Below the pieces are notes generated by a model, which did not search any database, was not told where the DNA came from, and worked only from the letters and a program-made list of their open reading frames with translations. The position numbers and the translations under genes were made by a program. Below, in pieces: positions 43,230 to 59,334 of a stretch of DNA of 64,000 nt. The stretch covers positions 15,748,001 through 15,812,000 of the forward strand of contig OZ024759.1 in the NCBI GenBank assembly GCA_964016885.1. Reading direction: 5' to 3'. The stretch comes from Eledone cirrhosa (lineage: Eukaryota). Position 1 is the first letter of the stretch, and each line of letters opens with the position of its first letter.

Positions 43230-44030
43230 AACTGATATGCGACCAAAACTGTAAAAGGACAACCAGGTGTTAAACACTGTCCAGATGTAAAAAAATGTTA
43301 TGTTACAATAACCCTACAAGGACAAGCAGGTGTTAAAAAACTGCACAGCTGTTAAAAATAGATATGCTACCATAATTGCACAAAGATAAGATGTTAAACA
43401 CTACACAAATGTTAAAAAACAGATACGCCCAATAACTGCACAATGACAAGGAGATATTCAAAACTGCACAGATGTTCAAAAACCGATATGCTACCATAAC
43501 TGCTCAAGGATAACAAGATGTTAACACTGCATAGATGTTAATAAACAGATGTGCTACCATAACACTACGACAACCAGATGTTAATAAACAGATATGCTAC
43601 AATAACTGCACAATGCCAACCAGATGTTAAAAAACTGCACAAATGTTAAAAACAGATATGCTTCCATAACTGTATAAGGATTACTAGATGTTAAACACTG
43701 CACAAATGTTCAAAAACAGATATGCTACGATAACTGTGCGAGGATAACCAGATGTTAAAAAACTGCACAAATGTTCAAAACAGATATGCTGCGATAACTG
43801 TACGAGGATAACCAGATGTTAAAAAACTGCACAAATGTTCAAAACAGATATGCTGCGATAACTGTACGAGGATAACCAGATGTTAAAAAACTGCACAAAT
43901 GTTCAAAACAGATATGCTGCGATAACTATACGAGGATAACCAGATGTTAAAAAACTGCACAAATGTTCAAAACATATGTTGCGATAACTGTACGAGGATG
44001 TTAAAAAACTGCACAGATGGTAAAAAATAG
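43230..44030. repeat. ~64-bp minisatellite
   Basis: aggataaccagatgttaaaaaactgcacaaatgttcaaaacagatatgctgcgataactgtacg; near-identical units at 43741-43990. Confidence 0.9.
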
Positions 44031-44099
44031 TTAAAATACGAAGACTGGGTTTTAAGATTTATTTCTGTTACATTCCAAGCAACAACAACTATTAAGCAT

Positions 44100-44964
44100 C
44101 ACTTACTCTCTCTCTCTCTCTCCCTCTCTCTGTTCTGTATTTTCCATTTCTATTCTTTCCTCTCTTTTTCTCTCATTCTCTCTCTCCCTATTTTCTCTCT
44201 GTTCCTGTACATCCCTCTATTCGTCTCTCCTCCATAATGTTCTCTCTCTCTCACACACACAGCTCTACCTCTCTCCCTCTTAATGCCCCCCTCTCTCACC
44301 CTTATATTTCCCTCCCCATTAAAGTTCTCTCTCTCTCACACACCCTTATATCCCCCCCCCCTTTCTCTCTCTCACATACTCTTATATTGCTCTATATCTT
44401 TCGCTCTTAATGTCCTCACTGTGTCTCTCACACACACACCATTATATTCCCCTGTCTCTCACAGACACCCTTATATTCCCCTGTCTCTCTCACAGACACC
44501 CTTATATTCCCCTGTCTCTCTCACAGACACACCCTTATATTCCCCTGTCTCTCTCACACACACATATATTCCCCTCTCTCTCTCACACACACATATATTC
44601 CCCCCTCTCCCTCACACACACATATATCCCCCTCTCTCTCAAAGTCCAAACTCTAGATATCTCTAACAGTCTTTTGAAGTATCTGTTGCTGTATTTTTGT
44701 TGATGTTTTCCTTTCATTTCTCTTTGTATTGTTTGGTTTGTTTGCTTTTTCGTTATTGTTTAGCTCTATCGTCAAAGGAAGAATGATGAATAAGAATGAG
44801 TTGCAAATAAGAAACCACCTCAGTCTCGAACGACTCATTCATGTAATATAATAAACCTCAAACTTGCACACAGTAAAATTCTCTTCATTTTTTTTCTAGT
44901 TGAATTCACATGACATAATATGTATAATACGTTTAAAAAAAAATCTATTCGAAAAAACACACAC

Positions 44965-44996
<32 letters not shown>

Positions 44997-45121
44997 TTCT
45001 ATATATATATATTTGTATATATATATATATATATTTGTATTGTATATATTTTTTCTAGTTGAATTCACATGACATATGTATAATACGTTAAAAAAAAATC
45101 TATGCGAAAACACACACACAC

Positions 45122-45167
<46 letters not shown>

Positions 45168-45514
45168 GAGACAGTGAGAGACAGTGAGAGAGAGGGGGTG
45201 AGAGTGAGAGATTGAGGGTGAGAGAGTGAGGGTGAGAGAGTGAGGGTGAGAGAGTGAGGGGGTGAGAGTGAGGGGGTGAGAGTGAGGGGGTGAGAGTGAG
45301 GTGTGAGAGTGAGGTGTGAGAGAGAGAGGGTGTGAGAGAGAGAGGGTGTGAGAGAGAGAGAAGGTGAGAGAGAGAGAGAGAGTGCGAGTGATAGAGAGAG
45401 TTAGAGAGAGAGTGTGTGAGAGTGTGAGAGTGTGTGAGAGTGTGAGGGTGGGAGAGAGACGCATGTATACACATTACTGTGTATGTATATCCATATAGAC
45501 AGACATATATGCAT

Positions 45515-45553
<39 letters not shown>

Positions 45554-45710
45554 CACACACACACATATACATATACACACATATATATATACAAATGCAC
45601 ACACATATATGCATATACACACACATATATACATAAACACACTCATATATATACACACACACACACATATACACACACACATATATACACACACACACAT
45701 ACAAATATAT

Positions 45711-45745
<35 letters not shown>

Positions 45746-45747
45746 TC

Positions 45748-45837
<90 letters not shown>

Positions 45838-45880
45838 AATACAATTACAAATACACATGTATGTATATATATATGTATGT
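44100..45880. repeat. CT-, GA- and CA-rich simple repeats
   Basis: Directly visible. Confidence 0.85.
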
Positions 45881-46199
45881 CGTCTGTAAACATTTTAGGT
45901 GCAATGTCTTTGAGTAAATATATTCAGCGGGTCAATAGATATCTCCGGAAATCGAAGAGATATAAGTGAAAGCCGTGAACCGACAGTAAATTTTCAGATA
46001 TTTATATTTCCATAATTATCTCCCTTTAATATATATTTTTTATGTAAATGAACGCGTATAGATCAAGGTGTGCAGCGGTGTAAATATACAGTTGGTAAAA
46101 AAAATCAGGAGAGTTATGTCATATGGATATATGAGGTTGTGCCTCCCACCTAAGAAATATACAAATTATATGCAGCCAATCTTGAATATTATATATGCA

Positions 46200-47826
46200 T
46201 TTATACATATACTCACATATATATATATATATATACATACTCGCACATATATATACATATATACTCATATATACATACGTTATTGTATATAATCATATAT
46301 TCATACGTATATATATATATACTCATATATACATACGTATATATATACTCATATATACATGCGTATATATATACTCATATATACATACGTATATATATAC
46401 TCATATATACATACGTATATATATACTCATATATACATACGTATATATATATACTCAAATATACATACGTATATATATATACTCATATATACATACGTAT
46501 ATATATATACTCATATATACATACGTATATATATATACTCATATATACATACGTATATATATATACTCATATATACATACGTATATATATATACTCATAT
46601 ATATATATACATATATATATATACTCATATATATATATACATATATATATATACTCATATATATATATACATACGTATATATATATACTCATATATATAT
46701 ATATACATACTCATATATATACATACGTATATATATGTACTCATACATACGTATATATATATACTCAGACATACGTATATGTATATACTCATACATACGT
46801 ATATGTATATACTCATACATACGTATATGTATATACTCATATATACATACGTATATGTATATACTCATATATACATACGTATATATATATACTCATATAT
46901 ATATATACATACTCATATATATATATACATACGTATATATATGTACTCATACATACGTATATGTATATACTCATACATACGTATATGTATATACTCATAC
47001 ATACGTATATGTATATACTCATACATACGTATATGTATATACTCATACATACGTATATGTATATACTCATATATACATACGTATATGTATATACTCATAT
47101 ATACATACGCATATATATATACTCATATATACATACGCATATATATATACGTATATATACATACTCATATATACATACGTATATATACATACTCATATAT
47201 ACATACGTATATATACATACTCATATATACATACGTATATATACATACTCATATATACATACGTATATATATATACTCATATATACATACGTATATATAT
47301 ATACTCATATATACATACGTATATGTATATACTCATATATACATACGTATATATATATACTCATATATACATACGTATATATATATATACTCATATATAC
47401 ATACGTATATATATATATACTGATATATACATACGTATATATATATATACTGATATATACATACGTATATATATATATACTGATATATACATACGTATAT
47501 ATATATATATACTCATATATACATACGTATATATATATACTCATATATACATACGTATATATATATATTTACTCATATATACATACGTATATATATATAT
47601 ATACTCATATATACATACGTATATATATATATACTCATATATACATACGTATATATATATATATACTCATATATACATACGTATATATATATACTCATAT
47701 ATACATACGTATATATAATATATACTCATATATACATACGTATTTATATATATATACTCATATATACATACGTATATATATATATATATACTCATATATA
47801 CATACGTATATATATATATATATATA

Positions 47827-47883
<57 letters not shown>

Positions 47884-47890
47884 ATACATA
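46200..47890. repeat. ~22-26-bp ACTCATATATACATACGT(AT)n minisatellite
   Basis: Directly visible; resumes at 48495-48660. Confidence 0.95.
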
Positions 47891-48009
47891 TATGGTGGCT
47901 GCTAACTCGTTTTCGAGTACGGCCACTACTTTATATCCATGTAGGAGAACCCCTACCGAAACGAGTGTGACTTTTTAGTCCAGCCAGCGACTTGAAAACT
48001 CTGGTACAA

Positions 48010-48494
48010 ACACTACACCTGTGACAATTATTGACACATAGTGCTAGGCCCATGGTACCATGTGACGACAAGTGCAGAGAGATCTCCAGATATAAAGCAA
48101 TGCCTGTGCCATGAAGCTTTTATAGTGAGCAAAGGCACTGCACAAAGCCAGTCCCACTCTCTTAACCAAGATGATATTTACCAAAAAGAACAAGAAGTCA
48201 ACATCATTGGATACCATCAGGGTTGCAGGTGATATATCAGAGTTTTCCTTCTCCTAGAATTCTGCCTTGACAAAGGCTAAGGGGTCATCTCTCCCAGTGA
48301 TTTTGGATGACCATTGACTCTTAAGAGCTCCTTTGCCCTTTGACAGGTTTTGTTTTTAGTCCTGCAGGATGTCCAAAGTCACCCTCCTCACCAAGAAACC
48401 TTGGTGGGGTTGCCAGTTTAGTCGCCAACGACCCGACCATGAGACAGGTTATACTGGGATACATGTTACCAGTAGCACCAACTGGTGACCTGAC
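48010..48494 (-). mobile_element. Probable RTE-like LINE 5' UTR fragment inserted in the minisatellite
   Basis: Minus strand contains GGAGAAGGAAAACTCTGA, which I recall from RTE 5' UTRs; not verified. Confidence 0.4.
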
Positions 48495-48660
48495 ATATAT
48501 ATATATATACATACATATATGCATACGTATATATACATACTCATATATACATACGTATATATACTCATATACATACGTATATATATATACTCATATATAC
48601 ATACTCATATATATATACTCATATATACATACTCATATATACATACTCATATATACATAT

Positions 48661-49059
48661 ATTGCTGATCCAGCAAAAATTAGGTATTAGTATTGGTGCT
48701 GTGAAATATCGATGTATACATGAATGTATGTATAGTATATTTGGCAATATACCGTATGTTTAATTAAAAACATTTTGAAGACCATACGCTATCGGTTTTA
48801 AAGTAGTGACTACGTCACTTCTTTTCTGCCAAAGAAGGGCGAGAAGCTGACAGTCTGTTTCACGCTGTTTGGCGATCATCAGAGCCACGCACTCCCGGCC
48901 TCCGCCGAAAATTATAGAAGCTGGATTCTTACAGTCACTACTTTAAAACCGATAGCGTATGGTCTTCAAAATGTTTTTAATTAAACATACGGTATATTGC
49001 CAAATATATTATACATACATTCATGTATACATCGCTATTTCAAAGCACCTATCCTAATA
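48661..49059 (-). mobile_element. Fold-back PLE-like element (F3) containing a complete hammerhead
   Basis: ~127-bp arms 48685-48811 and 48933-49059; short tail 48661-48684. Confidence 0.8.
48845..48886 (-). ncRNA. Complete minimal type-I hammerhead ribozyme motif
   Basis: GGCT-CTGATGA-TCGC caaaca GCGT-GAAA-CAG a CTG-TC-AGCT; GUC cleavage triplet. Confidence 0.85.
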
Positions 49060-49074
49060 TATATATATATATAT

Positions 49075-49263
49075 CACGATAAATTAACGGAGCCATAGAC
49101 TCGTTATTCGCTGTTAATAATGTGCTCAAAGGAAAAGGAATCCTGAGCTCTTTAAAATACAATATGTTGAAAAGGTAACTCACTAGAGAGAGATAGTGCG
49201 ACATCAATAAAATGGCGCACTATCTCTCTCTAGTGTGTTTCCTTTTCAACATATTGTATTTTA
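49075..49263 (-). mobile_element. Fold-back element (F4)
   Basis: 48-bp arms 49153-49200 and 49216-49263, tail 49075-49152, (TA)n flanks. Confidence 0.7.
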
Positions 49264-49316
49264 TGTATATATATATATATATACGTATAAACATATATAT
49301 ATATATACGTATAAAC

Positions 49317-49348
<32 letters not shown>

Positions 49349-49593
49349 TAGATATACGTATAAACATATATATAATATAGATAAACGTATATATGAGTAT
49401 ATATTATGAGACAGAGATAGACGGGTATATCTATTTGACTGTAGACAGATAGGTTGGTAGGTAAGTAAGTAGCAAGATATATTACTAGATAGATGAACTC
49501 ATTACTATGTCCAAGAGTATATAAGTTTATGTAGAAAAGAGATGAAACAAGAAAATAGTACGGCATCTACACACACATATGTGGGGGGGTGTA

Positions 49594-49628
<35 letters not shown>

Positions 49629-49879
49629 TAGTATTAAGGATACTATTTATGGTTATGTATATAATAAAACCTTTTATGGTTATATATTTTTTATATACAA
49701 ACCCCAAATAGTGAAAGATAGTCATCCATTACTATCTTATTACTAGTAAGATAAATAGCTCAATGTAATAACATATCATTATGATGGATGTCATCCCACT
49801 GTGGGTCAATATATGCATATGTTTTTATATGTCTCTTGTGTTGAAGAGGAGGTCAAGTATGTTATAGATCAATAAATAG

Positions 49880-49928
49880 TTGCTCCGAAGAATCCAAACC
49901 TCGGTTTGGAGGAAACAATTGTAAGCAA
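49880..49928 (+). ncRNA. Minimal hammerhead motif with a U4>C change
   Basis: TTGCT-CCGAAGA-aTCCAAAC ctcg GTTTGGAg-GAAA-CAATTG-TA-AGCAA, followed by AATAAA. Confidence 0.75.
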
Positions 49929-49988
49929 ATAAATGATTTAAACTGAACTTTGATTATTGTAATCTCTCTCTCTCTATATATATATATA

Positions 49989-50364
49989 GGGTGGGTAAAA
50001 TTTCCTAGATCCATGGACGAGTTCTCTCCAGCGGTCTCTGTCCTTCATCATTGCCGCCATGTCCTGAAGCACCCAGAAATCCGTGTCTGTCCTTAGGGCA
50101 TCAATATATATCAACCTCGGTCTCCCTCTTCTTGGACACTGACCACGAAACTCACTCAGATGGTGGATGGGTGCTACACGAAAACGCTGAGGATGGTTCT
50201 GAACATTAATCAGTATACACTGAGGATGAAAAACTCAGAGCCGTATGGGAGCCTCACAAAAGTCACCTCAAAAGTAACATAGAGGAGTGAGGTCAGCTGG
50301 ACATGCTCACCGACATTCAGAGTTGACACTGCACTTAGTGCTGTTGTGGGAGCCCCTACACGGA
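49989..50364. mobile_element. RTE-like LINE 3' fragment with 5' inversion
   Basis: 3' end on the minus strand (49989-50131); inverted upstream part on plus (50131-50364; WTLTTKLTQMVDGCYTKTLRMVLNINQY). Confidence 0.85.
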
Positions 50365-50413
50365 TATATATATATATAAGAAGAAATTAAAAGATGGTTA
50401 AGAAAGTTCCATG

Positions 50414-50484
50414 TATTTTATTATGCGCATTTCAAAAACAAATATCATCCTGGGACGATATTTGCGTTCTCATCAGATAAAATA
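50414..50484 (-). ncRNA. Complete hammerhead motif (family F5)
   Basis: TATTTTAT-CTGATGA-long stem II-GAAA-TGCGCA-TA-ATAAAATA. Confidence 0.85.
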
Positions 50485-50783
50485 GGGAGACATGATATGA
50501 AGCTTAAAAAAAACACTTGTAAGCAAGGTAGTGTCTAATCAACATATGATAAATAAATTTAAAAGGATATAGGAGATTGGAAAAAAGGAAAGGAAGAGGA
50601 GAAAAGTAAGGAAGAGGAAGAAAGGAAAAAAGAAAAAAAGAAGGAAAGGATAACGGAGGAAGAGTATAAGAAGGGGGAAGGAGAGAGAAAGAGGAGAGAA
50701 AGAGAGAGAGATAAACATTTAAACTGAGAAACGCTGTCTCCACAGAGAAATAACTGAAAAAACGGTTGTAAATTTGTAAATAA

Positions 50784-51653
50784 ACTAACAGCTGAGCCCG
50801 GTTGCACCCGGGGCCACTTTTTGTTAAGTTAATAATTTGAAAAATATTGAAAGTTTATTATAAAGAAGCAGTTTCAGGAAAAAAAATAGAAATATGCACT
50901 TGGGGTTGGACGGCGTACAATGAGAAATGGAGTGACGTGAAAAGCGTTGTTTATTAACAGCGAAATAGCAATGTCGATGATATGCAATTTGAAAAATACT
51001 ACTTACTGTTAGTGGTGGTTAACATGTATTAGAATTAAAATAAAAACACGCGTCCCCTCTTCGCAATTTAAGGGTTTTATTTCTTTTGATGGAAAACAGT
51101 GACCGTACTGCAGAATCGATTTCATAAAACGGTACTGTGAAAATGAAACGTACTGTAGAAGGCAACAGTTTATTAATCTGCATTTTCAAACTTGCATATC
51201 ATCGACATTGCTATTTCGCTGTTAATAAACAACGCTTTCCACGTCGCTCCACTTCTCATTGTACGCCGTCCAGCCCCTAGTGCATATTTCTATTTTTTTT
51301 CCTGAAACTGCTTCTTTATAATAAACTTTCAATAATATTTTTCAAATTATTGGTACTGTATGTTAACAGCGAAAGAACGTTGATGAGTTTAAAAATTTGT
51401 ATAAATTGTAAATAACTCATCCAAGTATTAGAACAGGGGGAAATAACTCACCGAACGCGATAGTAAAAAGACTGTTTGGGGACCCTAGGGCCCACATTTT
51501 TCAAGTTTGAGATTTGAAACCTCGTCTATTTGCTTCCTTGGCACTTTTTACATAAGTGTGTAAATTTTCATGTCCGTCCAACCACGTCTACTACCATTTA
51601 ACCGTGCACATCTGAATTTCAACCACCACCCATTTCACAAATATATATTAGAT
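50784..51653 (+). mobile_element. Helentron-associated (HINE)-like element with a 170-bp internal inverted repeat
   Basis: 5' ACTAAC plus CCCGG-ttgcac-CCGGG hairpin; 3' ATATATATTAGAT; arms at about 50831-50999 and 51180-51351. Confidence 0.6.
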
Positions 51654-51892
51654 TAAATAAATTAAGAAAATTGAAAGTTAATGCTTATGATTACAGATAT
51701 AGAAATTAAGTATACTATTTAGGGTTTAAATAGTGAAGGATTTATTAAGATGTGGAAACATTTATTAAAATGTATTATTAAGATAAAATAGAGTAAAATA
51801 AGAAGGTCAATGAAAATAAAATTAAATGATTTATAAGCTTTATTAAATGATTTATTGCTTTATTGCGCTACAATAAAACTCACCTCCTACAT

Positions 51893-51945
<53 letters not shown>

Positions 51946-51947
<2 letters not shown>

Positions 51948-52270
51948 AGTTAGAAACTCAAAATAATCTCTTACAATTAAATAGCTCAACGAAAGAGGTT
52001 TTTCTGAGCCGTGTAATATAATTGAATATAAAAGAGAGATAAACACAGATATAAACATACATGTGTTCAACTCAAAAGCTGACTGGGTGTTCCGGCAGTT
52101 GCCCAATATAGGTTTGTACTTCTTTTTCTTGATTTATTATTTTAAATTAAGTCTGGCAAACCATATTGTTAATAGTTAGTATTTGTTCACCCTAGCGAAC
52201 TTGGTCCCTTACGATTTGAACACATTTATGTTTATATCTGTGTTTATCTCCCTTTTATATTCAATTATAT
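51946..52270 (-). mobile_element. Fold-back element (F6)
   Basis: 55-bp arms 52016-52070 and 52216-52270, tail 51946-52015, (TA)n flanks. Confidence 0.7.
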
Positions 52271-52284
52271 ATATATATATATAT

Positions 52285-52798
52285 AATTGTTTGTAATATT
52301 CTTGATGTGATGTCTATATTGAATGAAAACAGACATTGTTATATTTGGGGTAGTCATTTTGCCAACTTTAGCAATAAAAACACATACATTTGCCTTTCAC
52401 TACGGCTTTATAATTATTAGGTTATTTTGTCAAAGCTTTTTCGTCACGCATCCTGTGACATCCTCATTAAGAAGAGTAGATACAAAGAAGAACAACAAAT
52501 AGTCATTGAAGAAGTCATATAATGTATGACGAAAGAACATTGACAAAATAACAACTAAAAACAAAGTCAAATAGTATGTGTGTATTTTTATTGGCAGAAA
52601 GACCATCTCCACACACATCTCTCTATATATGTACATATATACATAGGCGGTCACAGAATGTGCGACGAAAGAGCTCTGACAGTATATAAACAACCTTCCG
52701 GTTATCAAACCAACCAAACAAAAGTAAATTTATAATAAATTGAAGAGAAAACCAACAGATACGAGTGTTTTTATCGGCAACATGACCCTCCCAAAGTA

Positions 52799-52803
<5 letters not shown>
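52285..52803. mobile_element. Three copies (one inverted, two direct) of PLE-like family F7, each with a decayed hammerhead
   Basis: Motifs at 52429-52471 (-), 52502-52544 (+) and 52650-52680 (+). Confidence 0.65.
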
Positions 52804-52830
<27 letters not shown>

Positions 52831-52833
<3 letters not shown>

Positions 52834-53206
52834 TGATTAATGTTCAGAGCCATCCTCAGCATTCTTGTGTAGCACCCAACCACCATCTGAGTGAGTTTCT
52901 TGGTCAGTGTCCAAGTCTCAGACCCGTACAGAGCTGTATGGGAGCCTCCCAAAAGTCAGCTCAAATGTGACACAGGAGGAGACTGGGGTTAGCTGGACAT
53001 GCTCACCGACATCCATAGTTGACACTGCACTCAGTGTTCATGTGGGAGCCCCTGCATGGACACACTGGAAGAGGAAGACCGTGGTTAGCGTATGTTGATG
53101 CCCTAAGGACAGACACTGGTCTGTTGGAGATGCAGGACACGGCAGCGATAATGAGGGACAGAGACCGCTGGAGAGAACTCATGCATGGATCTCGGGAATT
53201 TTACCC
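52831..53206. mobile_element. RTE-like LINE 3' fragment with 5' inversion
   Basis: Minus 52831-52931 reads LYGSETWTLTKK...NINQY; plus 52929-53206 reads ELYGSLPKVS...GRGRP...MRDRDRWR. Confidence 0.88.
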
Positions 53207-53438
53207 GAGATCCATGCAGGAGTTCAAACGTCTACCTACGAGCCGTATTGTCAATGCATAGAAACTTTTGAGACACCCTGTATATATGTATAAAGACATA
53301 CATATATATAATCATGCATATATATAAACATACGTGTGCGGGTGTAAATATGTGCATAGGGGTATTATGTACAGTTTATATACTGAGTAAGATATTAGCA
53401 CACGCTCAGAACAGATGTGTGTTAATCCACACACACAC

Positions 53439-53580
<142 letters not shown>

Positions 53581-54147
53581 CACACAATGTATTGATAATG
53601 GGGATGTATGTTATGATAATGGGGGCTGAAGTAATTAAAACACGTTGCTTGATATTGCTTAACATAACAATATGGCTGACGGGAACGACTATGATGAGGC
53701 AAGCTGCTCCATTCAAAATGGCTACTTGTTATTTTCTAGATCTCCCTCTTATTTATATATTTATTTCAGCCGTTCTTTCATTTATCGGTACTTTGATGAA
53801 TATACATCTATTTAGAAGCAAGATCAATATTTTGACCATAAACAGATGATTGTTCCTGATTAATACCATAGAATTTGGGTTGTTTGTGTCATTTTTCAAC
53901 TGTCCGGTTCTTATATATATATATGTATATATGTATATATGTGTATATATGTGTGTGTGTGTGTGTGGTGTGTGTGGTGTGTGTGTGTGTGGTGTGTGTG
54001 GTGTGTGTGGTGTGTATGGTGTGCGTGTGTGTGTGTATACATATATGTACAATTGTGTATATATTTGTATTTATATAGAGAGAGAGATATATATTTAAGT
54101 GTGTGTATAATTGTATTTATACATACGTGTGTGTGTATTTCTATTTA

Positions 54148-54181
<34 letters not shown>

Positions 54182-54601
54182 AGAGATATATATATATATA
54201 TATATATATAAAGACATCCAATCTAAATACAACTATTATATGACTCATCCAAAAACTTACCATACAAATATGTTTATGACATTACTACCTACCCTTTTTA
54301 TCTGTATTCTTTTCTCCCTTCTCGTATTTTCCTGTCTCTCTTTCTCTCTTTCTACCCTAAATACCTATAAATACCGACCCTCACCAACTTTTCATGCCAT
54401 TCCTGATGATTTCACTGAAGGAAATGGTTCTAAAACTGTAGACGTCATTTCTATAAGAAACAAATATTTAACGGCATCTTTCAGGTCACATTCGGAAAAC
54501 CATTGTATGTGTGTGTGAAAGGTAGACAAAAATAACAACACAATCAGTACAGTATGTGGAAGGAATATATTAGGTTAACACTTGATATAGCAGGAAGAGG
54601 G

Positions 54602-54637
54602 TTTTAATGTTTCAGACGATAGCCCTTCATCAGAAGA
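54602..54637 (-). ncRNA. Hammerhead motif (family H1), CTGATGA/GAAA core intact but stems decayed
   Basis: TCTT-CTGATGA-AGGGC tatc GTCT-GAAA-CA-TT-AAAA within 54518-54705, which is homologous to 545-736. Confidence 0.7.
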
Positions 54638-54929
54638 AAAAATGAGAAATTAGAAAGATTGAACGGACGGGAGGGGTATAATTGGAAAAAAATGTTTTTA
54701 GATATTTATATATATATATTTATATATATGATAATAAGAATAATAGTGAGTATAATGGAAATTGCAGCTGCGAATAGCATTTTTCGAAATTAGTCTTCTG
54801 AGGCTGGCTAAAGCACTCAATGAGGTGATATGGATAAATTATAGCTCAGAGTAATAATAATACGTTAGGGGTGTGACACAGTGAAAATTGCGACCGGAGA
54901 GGTTTTGCCACACGGCCACTACAACAACG

Positions 54930-55478
<549 letters not shown>

Positions 55479-55480
<2 letters not shown>

Positions 55481-56034
55481 AAGTTGAAAAAAATGAAAAC
55501 GAAAAACGAAATTTCATTTCTCACTCTTAGTATGGCACTTACTTAAATGTAAGTATGTATGTATACGTACATACATATATGTATACAGACGTACAGTAGC
55601 ATGTATATATATATATATATATATATACATACATGCAGGTACACATACATATATGCACGCATCAGTTTAGCAGGCGCTTATCATAGCGCTGCTTTGTTCG
55701 TTTGTCAACAAACTGAACAGCCTGAATTTATGCCATACGGTGTTAAGGCAACCACGTCACCTTTTTGTTCAACACTGAGACAGGAACGATGTACTAGTTT
55801 CAAGCTTGTTAGCTATCATCAGCACCGTTTACCCATCTGCCAGATAGTTGAACGTTCGAAAGTATATACTTTCCTTATGAAAATTAACGGCTGAGCAGCC
55901 TAATTTGCATATTGAGTGAGTTAAATCGGTCAGGCATACCGAAAACGATAAGTTGAAAAAAATGAAAACGAAAAACGAAATTTCATTTCTCACTCTTAGT
56001 ATGGCACTTACTTAAATGTAAGTATGTATGTATA
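55479..56034 (+). repeat. 87-bp identical direct repeat at 55479-55565 and 55948-56034
   Basis: ataagttgaaaaaaatgaaaacg...gtaagtatgtatgtata occurs twice. Confidence 0.9.
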
Positions 56035-56063
56035 AAATTATTTATAAAACTGTTTATACATTG

Positions 56064-56129
56064 TATTTTGTCTGATGAAGGCATACCATATTTTAATTTG
56101 GTATACCTTGAAATATGTATAATGAAATA
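56064..56129 (+). ncRNA. Complete hammerhead motif (family F8)
   Basis: TATTTTGT-CTGATGA-AGGCATACCA..TGGTATACCTT-GAAA-TATGTA-TA-ATGAAATA. Confidence 0.8.
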
Positions 56130-56258
56130 AATATGGTTTTATAAATATAGTTTCCATTTATTAATATCGTATATCTACTCCAAAAACTTGTCGAGTGCTT
56201 TATATCAGTTATAAAATATTTACTTGTTGTATCCCAGCAATTTTAAATAGAACTTTTG

Positions 56259-58990
<2,732 letters not shown>

Positions 58991-59334
58991 TTTTATTGCC
59001 AAGACTAATACAAGTGACACACTGAAGTAAAATTTTATTCACTCTGTCATTGCAGTTTTTGTGTTATAATTTTTTTTAGTTTAGATTGCTGGTTATTTTT
59101 TTTTTGCAGTTTCTATCGTACTTTTACCAATTTTCCATGACGTATACTTCAAACTTATCCTCTTCCATATCCCTACACTTCCTCCTCTACATGACCATTA
59201 TCGCATATTTTCTCTGTACTATACTGTACAGTATATCTTGTGACCTACATGGTGAGAGCTTAAGTGTGTGGCGCACTAAATGGATCCGAAAACGGATCAG
59301 AGGATTCCAGGTTTGAATCCTGGTTAGCTAGCCT

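Larger units (their letters stand above)
50376..51893. mobile_element. PLE-like family F5 insertion: long inverted arm plus 35-bp 3' tip, with a nested HINE-like element
   Basis: 50376-50525 matches 60175-60320; 51854-51888 matches the reverse complement of 60088-60122. Confidence 0.65.

Noticed and set aside
48410-48494. HDV-like or twister ribozyme at a putative RTE 5' end (minus strand)
   Set aside because: Hairpins and a CTAA-ACTGG segment are present, but I could not assign the full nested pseudoknot; an Infernal search is needed.
48661-49263. Fold-back elements interpreted as ordinary MITEs or pre-miRNAs
   Set aside because: The repeats are asymmetric (one-sided tail), arm length varies among copies in the multi-copy families, and hammerhead motifs are present; this favours a retro-origin.
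54403-54450. CTGATGA..GAAAT hammerhead candidate
   Set aside because: Stems I and III could not be paired convincingly.
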